Below, piece by piece: positions 58,321 through 64,000 of a stretch of 64,000 nucleotides of DNA. The position numbers and the translations under genes are program-made. This DNA is from a virus. The stretch is taken from the IMG/VR virus record IMGVR_UViG_3300009499_000148, positions 1 to 64,000 of that record, one strand, 5' to 3'. Each line of letters begins with the position of its first letter. Position 1 is the first letter of the stretch. Under the pieces are notes generated by a model that worked only from the letters and a program-made list of their open reading frames with translations, was not told the origin of the DNA and searched no databases.

Positions 58321-59055
58321 TCACCAATCATTCAAGAATGCACTTGCATCGAACTTAGGATGCTTCACAAGCACCTGTCCGTAGTCAATCTGCTCATCAG
58401 GGATGCGTCTATCGTCAAAGAAAATCCTGCGGTCAGAGCGAATGAGTTCTTTGTCTTCGTCAAGCCCGTCGATGAACCTAGCAACCTGCATGTCTGGGCT
58501 CTTTGATGATGGGTCGTAGTCGTCGAAAAGTACAAACTTATTATACCTATCCTTGAGACATTCCCAGTCGTACTTTACACCCTCGAATGTGTGAAGCCCA
58601 TCGATGTAAATCAAATCGACGTTCTCCTTGATGTTCAGGACTGCATCATTGACTGTTCCCTTTATGAGATTGAGCTTCGAAAGCCACTCCCTTGGAAACG
58701 CCTGACCCAGGAGCTTGAGGTGGTTCTCATCGAAGTTCGGGTCGACGCTATACACCCTGCCGTCGTCAAAGCCCATGTCTGTCATTGCCTTTGCAGCGCA
58801 GAGGGATGCATAGCCACGACCGAACCCTATCTCCAACATCGTTCGAATCTCATAGCGCTTGATAAGGGCATAGATGAGGAGACCACGCTCAAAATTCGGT
58901 CTAAAAAAAGCTCCTGCAGAGCGATAAAGCGGGTCTGATGGATGACGAGACTTTTTAGCAGTCAGCTCACCAATCTGGTCAAAGTCTCCAAGTGAAAGTG
59001 AAGAAACTGGATAATGTAGCTCTTCTAGCTTCTGTCTAATGTCTGTGTGTTTCAT
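58321..59055 (-). CDS. Class I SAM methyltransferase (Methyltransf_24-like, sugar O-methyltransferase type)
   Basis: LEIGFGRGYAS, YSVD, DLIYIDGLHTFEGVKYD and LFDDY. Confidence 0.88.
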   Translation of the reverse strand: MKHTDIRQKLEELHYPVSSLSLGDFDQIGELTAKKSRHPSDPLYRSAGAFFRPNFERGLLIYALIKRYEIRTMLEIGFGRGYASLCAAKAMTDMGFDDGRVYSVDPNFDENHLKLLGQAFPREWLSKLNLIKGTVNDAVLNIKENVDLIYIDGLHTFEGVKYDWECLKDRYNKFVLFDDYDPSSKSPDMQVARFIDGLDEDKELIRSDRRIFFDDRRIPDEQIDYGQVLVKHPKFDASAFLNDW

Positions 59056-59936
59056 GGTAGGAATTCCTTTAATTTAGAAAAATCACCGCGCTTAACTTCT
59101 TTATCTGTTATTCTAACCAGCTTTAAATTATTGGTTTTAAACCAAGCATTTTGTTCACTGTCAGTGTGGCGTCTGCTATAGATGTTAATGTCTCGTTTTG
59201 TTTTTAACAAAGCTAATTCTTCGACTGTTCTGTCAAGGCCATGCCAATATACACCATCAAGCTGGATATACGCATCAACACTCTTGACATAAAAGTCAAT
59301 AGGCCATCTATGAATGAATTTCTGATAAATGACATTGTCAATGCCAAATGTTGATTGTAGAAATGTCTCAAGCTTGGCTTCAGGTTTTGTTTTTTTTCCA
59401 TATGTCCCATTTCGCTTCATCGTTTCATGACGTCTTTGATGAGCTTCTGGTGTCCAAGCTTCTTTAATTGACTTACTTTTTTTCTCTTTAATTTCTGGTC
59501 TATTTTGTGCTTCTTTTTGAATTTCACTTGCTTTTGCTTTATACTCAGGAGTACTATGTGAACGTTTAATAGACACACTTCGTTTTTGCACAACATCATG
59601 ACGGTTTTGAGCTATTTTTTGAGCTTTAGAACGTTTTTCTTTGACATCTGGTTTCGATAATGATTTTGTAATAGCAGCTATTGTTCGCTCCCTAATCTCT
59701 TGATTTTGCCAATTTTCTTTCGTCTTACTGACATTCATCGAATGAACTTTTCCGCCAGGTTTGTTTGCATTTTTTCGACAATCATCATTACAAAATGTAT
59801 ATTTCTGTTTAAGAAAATCAAGATTATGTGGTCTTATAAATGATAACGAGCATTGATCGCAAATAAAACGCATAACAGTTTTCTTTTTATTCTTTCTCGG
59901 ATGTGAATACTCAATCGTCTCAAACTTTATGAACAT
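59052..59936 (-). CDS. Putative homing endonuclease: Zn finger, 17-aa repeats and Vsr/DUF559-like nuclease (paralogue of 44819-45697)
   Basis: CDQC..FCNDDC. RHETMKRNGTYGKKTKPE versus QHETMKRNSSYGQKTQPE in the paralogue. WPIDFYVKS..IQLDGVYWHGLDR. Confidence 0.82.
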   Translation of the reverse strand: MFIKFETIEYSHPRKNKKKTVMRFICDQCSLSFIRPHNLDFLKQKYTFCNDDCRKNANKPGGKVHSMNVSKTKENWQNQEIRERTIAAITKSLSKPDVKEKRSKAQKIAQNRHDVVQKRSVSIKRSHSTPEYKAKASEIQKEAQNRPEIKEKKSKSIKEAWTPEAHQRRHETMKRNGTYGKKTKPEAKLETFLQSTFGIDNVIYQKFIHRWPIDFYVKSVDAYIQLDGVYWHGLDRTVEELALLKTKRDINIYSRRHTDSEQNAWFKTNNLKLVRITDKEVKRGDFSKLKEFLP

Positions 59937-61854
59937 TTCTCTTCATCCACTCTTCTATCACTTTAGGATGTTTAATTTGACACCTTATGCTTGGTGTTGG
60001 CCTTGAAAAATCAACTCTCTGATGAAAAATCCATCCACCCATTTCTTTGCTCAACTTCTTTGCTAAAATGTCAATTTCATCATCACTGACGTCTGACCAC
60101 TTCTTGTCGAAAAATTTATTGTTATCTGCAGTATCTTCTTGCTTAACGTCGTAAAGACTTTCCCAATGCTTTGACCAATAATTCTTATAAGTTTTTATCT
60201 TTCTTTCGATATTGAACCAACTATAATGATGCACTGACGGGAGGGCTTTCACAGCTTGATTGAACCACTCTTCGAACTGTTTTAGTGCATCAGGATTGCT
60301 AAATGCAGCCTGCCGAACTTGTTCAACATCAGGCGTATAGAACGATGCAGCAGGGACAACATCAAATGTATCATGTCTGACATAATCACAACCATCGCTT
60401 CCAGGAGCTGAAAATAATTCGCCGTCGCTGTCGAACTTTCTCAACTGTCGCGGAATACCATGTGTAGTAGTTGGAGCGTTCCAACTCAATCGCCACTTCC
60501 AAACGTTGATATCCATTCTTACCTTGTCTGGCCCACCCCAATATTCAATCACTGGTAATGAAAGAACAGGAATGTTTTTCGGAAGGATTTTTGCAACATC
60601 TCTAACCTTTTGATAATCATCTTCATGAACTAGTTCGTCGCTATCTTGCTGCCAGCATAATGTTTTTGTGCAAAGCGACCGAGCCAACGCCTTTTGTGCT
60701 CCATCAAATACAGCAAACCTCTTATGGCTCCAGTCTCTCTTCTGCTGATGAATAACAACACGTGCATCAGATGCAGCTAACGACTGCAACTTTTCCCACG
60801 TTCCATCAGTTGAGCCGCCATCAACAATCACTACTTCATCACAAAACCCTAACATTGACGTAATACACTCGACGAATGGATAATCTTGGCTTATACAATC
60901 TTTTGTCGTCGTATATCCAGATATCGTTGGCCTGTAGTCGATATCTGCTTTAATACCATTCCAGAATGTCTCTCTTGCTGCATAGAGATACGCTTCTGTG
61001 TTGAACATATCATCAGTTTCAAACCAAAGTTCATGACGATGCTGAACATTATCATTCAGATAAAGCTTACATCCAAGAAGTTTTGCTTCGATAACGAGGC
61101 GTGGACATGTATCTTCGCCTTTTGGAAGAAAGACAAGTCCTTCTGCTTGAACAAGCTCTTCAAGCATTTTTTCATAAGGTAGCCCCCAAACAACACGATG
61201 CTCAAGGCCATGCTCATTGCAGTATGCAACTGCATCATCAGTGCCCTTAACCCAAGACGGAGAACCACATACGATATTTCCCTTTCTAGGAAGTTGTTTT
61301 GCATTAAGAAGCTTAATTCTAGCGAATGTCTCATCATCAAATACAGATGAAAGTACCATATTGGGACGCTGTGATAGAAACGGAAATGCCTTATGATGTA
61401 TATCCATCTGCTTTTCAGACATCCACCACAACGACTTAGCACCATAAAGAAATGCAGATACAAGCTTCCCTCTATCTTCGTTCTGACAATCACATTGAGT
61501 TTTCTCAATATCACTGTGCTTCATCGGAGAACGATAACGACAGAAGTGAAAATCAAAACTGATAATTGAATAACTCATATTGCCAACAATTGTTGGAATG
61601 AGCTCTGTGTTCAAATTTGAAAAGTTTCCGAATATCCAGTGTTTCCCATGGCCTTGTTGTAATAGCTCAACAGAAACATCACGTGAATGAACACGATACA
61701 CTTCAAATGGAGATGCTTTAATTAAAGCCTCTGTCGTTAGTTCTGCTCCTCCGTTATAATCAGAAAGGAACATGTCAGAAACGACAACAACATCGCAGTC
61801 TGCAATCGACTTTGCTTTTGAAAAAAGATGTTCTGCTAAATTGATAATAGTCAT
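59920..61854 (-). CDS. Bifunctional glycosyltransferase: GT-B (GT4-like) plus GT2
   Basis: N-terminal half GGAELT, WVKG and DTCPRLVIEAKLLGC. C-terminal half FCDEVVIVDGGSTDGTW and QDSDE. Confidence 0.9.
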   Translation of the reverse strand: MTIINLAEHLFSKAKSIADCDVVVVSDMFLSDYNGGAELTTEALIKASPFEVYRVHSRDVSVELLQQGHGKHWIFGNFSNLNTELIPTIVGNMSYSIISFDFHFCRYRSPMKHSDIEKTQCDCQNEDRGKLVSAFLYGAKSLWWMSEKQMDIHHKAFPFLSQRPNMVLSSVFDDETFARIKLLNAKQLPRKGNIVCGSPSWVKGTDDAVAYCNEHGLEHRVVWGLPYEKMLEELVQAEGLVFLPKGEDTCPRLVIEAKLLGCKLYLNDNVQHRHELWFETDDMFNTEAYLYAARETFWNGIKADIDYRPTISGYTTTKDCISQDYPFVECITSMLGFCDEVVIVDGGSTDGTWEKLQSLAASDARVVIHQQKRDWSHKRFAVFDGAQKALARSLCTKTLCWQQDSDELVHEDDYQKVRDVAKILPKNIPVLSLPVIEYWGGPDKVRMDINVWKWRLSWNAPTTTHGIPRQLRKFDSDGELFSAPGSDGCDYVRHDTFDVVPAASFYTPDVEQVRQAAFSNPDALKQFEEWFNQAVKALPSVHHYSWFNIERKIKTYKNYWSKHWESLYDVKQEDTADNNKFFDKKWSDVSDDEIDILAKKLSKEMGGWIFHQRVDFSRPTPSIRCQIKHPKVIEEWMKRNVHKV

Positions 61855-61862
61855 TCAGCTCA

Positions 61863-61892
61863 ATTATAACATGTGATAGTTCAACTGTTCAA
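61863..61892 (-). promoter_or_regulatory. Sigma70-like promoter heading the glycan operon
   Basis: Minus strand reads TTGAAC-18 nt-TATAAT with extended TGn, then 8 nt to ATG 61854. Confidence 0.6.
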
Positions 61893-62035
61893 CAACTTGC
61901 TGATATTAAAGAGGTTATGACGTTCTAGAAGAACATTTACAAATTTATCAGACTAATTTTAATCAAACTAACTTTTGCGTGGTATTTGTTGTTCAACACA
62001 CAACACAACCTGCTAGCGTTTGATTTCTTATTATC

Positions 62036-62076
62036 AAAGGGCACGGCACCTGACGGTGCCAACAGCCCTCCCTTTT
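62036..62076 (-). terminator. GC-rich hairpin after phoH (probable intrinsic terminator)
   Basis: AGGGC..GGCACC-GTCA-GGTGCC..GCCCT-TT immediately after the phoH stop. A T-run also flanks it on the plus strand. Confidence 0.55.
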
Positions 62077-62082
62077 TCTATA

Positions 62083-63381
62083 TCATAGAATCTCAGCAGC
62101 AAGAGTCGCTAGCGCACTACGTTCTCCCTTAATGAGTGCGATGTGTGCAGCCATGGCATGCTCTTTAAACTTCTCAGCCGTATACGTCAATCCGTTTGAC
62201 AGTGCATCTATCTGTGGATTATCAACCTGTTCTATATCACCTGTCAGAACTATTTTTGTTCCTTCACCCACACGTGTTATGACTGTCTTGACCTCATGCG
62301 GTGTCAGGTTCTGTCCCTCATCAATGATGATGTATGCATTTGGAATAGACCTACCCCTGATGTACGTTATTGCCTCAACCTCTATGATACCTTGGTCGAA
62401 ATACATCTGCACCATATCACGCTTTCTAGAACCAAAAAGGAATTCAAGATTGTCCATGATGGGCTGTATCCACGGTTCCATCTTCTCTTCTTTTGTGCCC
62501 GGCAAATAACCGATATCACGTCCCATTGGTTGTATCGGCCTAGATACGATGAGCTTACTGAACTTTTTCTCTTCTATGACCTGTTTAATGCCTGCAGCAA
62601 GAGCTAAAATCGTCTTACCACAACCAGCAGCACCAATCATAGTCGTCAGCTTAACGTTGTCATCGAATAGAGCATCAAGCGCAAATCTCTGCTCTTTGTT
62701 TCTCGGCTTCAACCCCCAGACGTCATCAACGTTTATGATTGGTTTAAGCGTTCCATCTACACACTTTGAAAGACCAGACGTTGAGTGTCCGTTCTTGATT
62801 ACGACGTATTCGTTTGGAAATAGGTCTTCATCGATGTTAAGCTTATCAACATCAAGCCCCTTGCTTCGATAAAACTCATCAAGGTTAGCCTTCGTCGTAT
62901 TAACGACACGAACGCCTCCGTAGATGAGGTCGCTCTTTCCAATGTGATGTTTTAGATAATCTTCACATTTCACGCCGAGCGCATCACATTTGATACGCAT
63001 GCTGATATCCTTCGTTATCAGCCTAACGGGCTCACCAAGCTCTTTTTGAAGCTCCAGCACTGCTGAGATGATGAAATTATCAGCCCTGTTCTTATCAAAC
63101 TCTTGAGGGATGTCAGCGCTGAGCGTGCTTCTAATGATGCGAAGCGTTCCTCCACCTGGGAGCTTCACACCCTTCATCAGGTCTCCGGTGTGTCGAAGCT
63201 CATCTAGCACCCTGTTCGTGATGCGTGCATTTTTTCCTGCATCATCGAACCTATGCTCTTTGAGCTTATCAAGCTCTTCTAAGACTATGATTGGAATGAC
63301 AACGTCGTTGTCCTCGAATGAATACACGGCACGAGGGTCGTATATGAAAACGTTCGTGTCGATGCAAAATGTCTTTTTCAT
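62083..63381 (-). CDS. phoH: PhoH family ATPase with N-terminal PIN domain (PhoH2/YlaK-type)
   Basis: IDTNVF..VLEELD (PIN). Walker A GAAGCGKT, GYLPG, YIRGRS, IIDEGQN, TRVGEGTKIVLTGD and ERSALA. Confidence 0.95.
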   Translation of the reverse strand: MKKTFCIDTNVFIYDPRAVYSFEDNDVVIPIIVLEELDKLKEHRFDDAGKNARITNRVLDELRHTGDLMKGVKLPGGGTLRIIRSTLSADIPQEFDKNRADNFIISAVLELQKELGEPVRLITKDISMRIKCDALGVKCEDYLKHHIGKSDLIYGGVRVVNTTKANLDEFYRSKGLDVDKLNIDEDLFPNEYVVIKNGHSTSGLSKCVDGTLKPIINVDDVWGLKPRNKEQRFALDALFDDNVKLTTMIGAAGCGKTILALAAGIKQVIEEKKFSKLIVSRPIQPMGRDIGYLPGTKEEKMEPWIQPIMDNLEFLFGSRKRDMVQMYFDQGIIEVEAITYIRGRSIPNAYIIIDEGQNLTPHEVKTVITRVGEGTKIVLTGDIEQVDNPQIDALSNGLTYTAEKFKEHAMAAHIALIKGERSALATLAAEIL

Positions 63382-63442
63382 TCAATCTCCACCTGTGCAA
63401 CATCTGAACGTGCACAGCAGTATGCATTACCATCATCTTTAG

Positions 63443-63706
63443 ATGAATAATGACGATGTTCCTGTCCCAGGAGACACATGCTTCTCAGCACATGCTCGAT
63501 TTCGAGTCGAATGTCCGCGTGCAACATGCAACTACTGGATTGAAAACCCAGAGACGCAGAACTGTTCATTGCTAGCTGCCCAACATGGTGGTATGACTCT
63601 TGAAGCAATCGGAAGCTTCTTCGGTCTGACGAGAATGCGAGTCTGTCAGATTGAGAAGAACATCTATCAAAAGATTATGACCCAGCTTGAGGAACATCAG
63701 TCTTAG
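63443..63706 (+). CDS. Small protein with Cys cluster plus sigma70 region-4 HTH
   Basis: C..C..C.YW..C then MTLEAIGSFFGLTRMRVCQIEK (TLEEIG..GVTRERIRQIE pattern). Confidence 0.8.
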   Translation: MNNDDVPVPGDTCFSAHARFRVECPRATCNYWIENPETQNCSLLAAQHGGMTLEAIGSFFGLTRMRVCQIEKNIYQKIMTQLEEHQS

Positions 63707-64000
63707 GCTCTTGTTTCTTTTTCTGAAACTTTCCTGACTGTTTCTTTTCAGCCTTCTGCTCTTGTGGCTGTTGAACATCAACACTTTCTGTCGTATCAAC
63801 GCTCAACCCAAGCACTTTTGACTGCTCTTGCTCAATCTTAGCATCAGCTGGTGTAGCAACATGTTTTGGTTGTTCAACCTCATGCTTCACATCATTCTGC
63901 TCCACGCTGCTTACGACGACCTCTGTCTCTACGACTTGTTCGACAACAACATGTGTGTGCTTAACAGATGTAATGATGTCAGGAGTTGCTTCAGGCTTGG
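63675..64000 (-). CDS. Low-complexity hypothetical protein (5' end outside the window)
   Basis: The frame stays open from 63905 to the right edge (..KPEATPDIITSVKHTHVVVEQVVETEVVVSSVEQ..). Rich in Q/E/K/V. Confidence 0.55.
   Translation of the reverse strand, partial: KPEATPDIITSVKHTHVVVEQVVETEVVVSSVEQNDVKHEVEQPKHVATPADAKIEQEQSKVLGLSVDTTESVDVQQPQEQKAEKKQSGKFQKKKQEPKTDVPQAGS

Noticed and set aside
32626-61854. A bacterial O-antigen/capsule locus or a eukaryotic giant-virus fragment
   Set aside because: No wzx/wzy/wzm or initiating transferase. The island is continuous with myophage baseplate genes, a phage sigma factor and phoH, and uses bacterial promoters and overlaps.
62040-62062. GGCACC-loop-GGTGCC hairpin resembling the 3' hairpin of Cas9 tracrRNA
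   Set aside because: The match is very short, there is no Cas9/IscB/TnpB or anti-repeat nearby, and its position after the phoH stop fits a terminator.
62083-63381. PIN-PhoH as a toxin-antitoxin module
   Set aside because: PIN-PhoH fusions are a standard PhoH subfamily, and no adjacent antitoxin-like gene is evident.
946-63442. Many 60-210 aa ORFs antisense or out of frame to long minus-strand genes (e.g. 8910-9419, 11541-12125, 26963-27535, 30248-30856, 35175-35804, 946-1365)
   Set aside because: They lie entirely within convincing genes, have no motifs, and are best explained as shadows of codon bias.
1-64000. Alternative genetic code (stop-codon reassignment, seen in some huge phages)
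   Set aside because: Genes are long and tile the strand under code 11, ending in TAA, TGA and TAG with normal overlaps.
1-64000. tRNA or rRNA genes
   Set aside because: Intergenic gaps are short and I saw no cloverleaf or T-arm context. tRNAscan-SE would confirm.

Overview
This window is about 64 kb of a large tailed phage (jumbo/huge myovirus-like) genome. It uses the standard genetic code and has a mixed base composition with AT-rich inserts. Almost all real genes lie on the minus strand and are tightly coupled by ATGA/TGATG overlaps. The left half (1-31.2 kb) is a baseplate/tail structural module: gp5-like hub, gp25-like and gp6/J-like wedge, LamG and Fn3-like virion proteins, and a repeat fibre. 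A phage sigma factor follows. The right half (32.6-61.9 kb) is a ~29 kb glycan biosynthesis island with 7 glycosyltransferase genes (one split by a LAGLIDADG intein), NeuB, GmhA, a cytidylyltransferase, two SDRs, an epimerase, a class-IV aminotransferase, a radical SAM enzyme, two methyltransferases and a deacetylase. PIN-PhoH and a sigma-region-4 HTH protein close the window. Eight free-standing modular homing-endonuclease-like genes and an array of 8 diverged small paralogues are interspersed. The most striking candidate system is a self-contained phage virion glycosylation pathway. It appears to make an unusual ulosonic acid, and it is paired with strong enrichment of an [S/T]-G-[S/T] motif in a subset of virion proteins (a candidate O-glycosylation sequon). 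Other signals are a 17-aa helical repeat module shared by unrelated nucleases, a recurring ATAY(T)TA late-promoter-like motif with near-leaderless starts, and very strong GATC avoidance. All calls come from motif recognition by eye; no searches were run.
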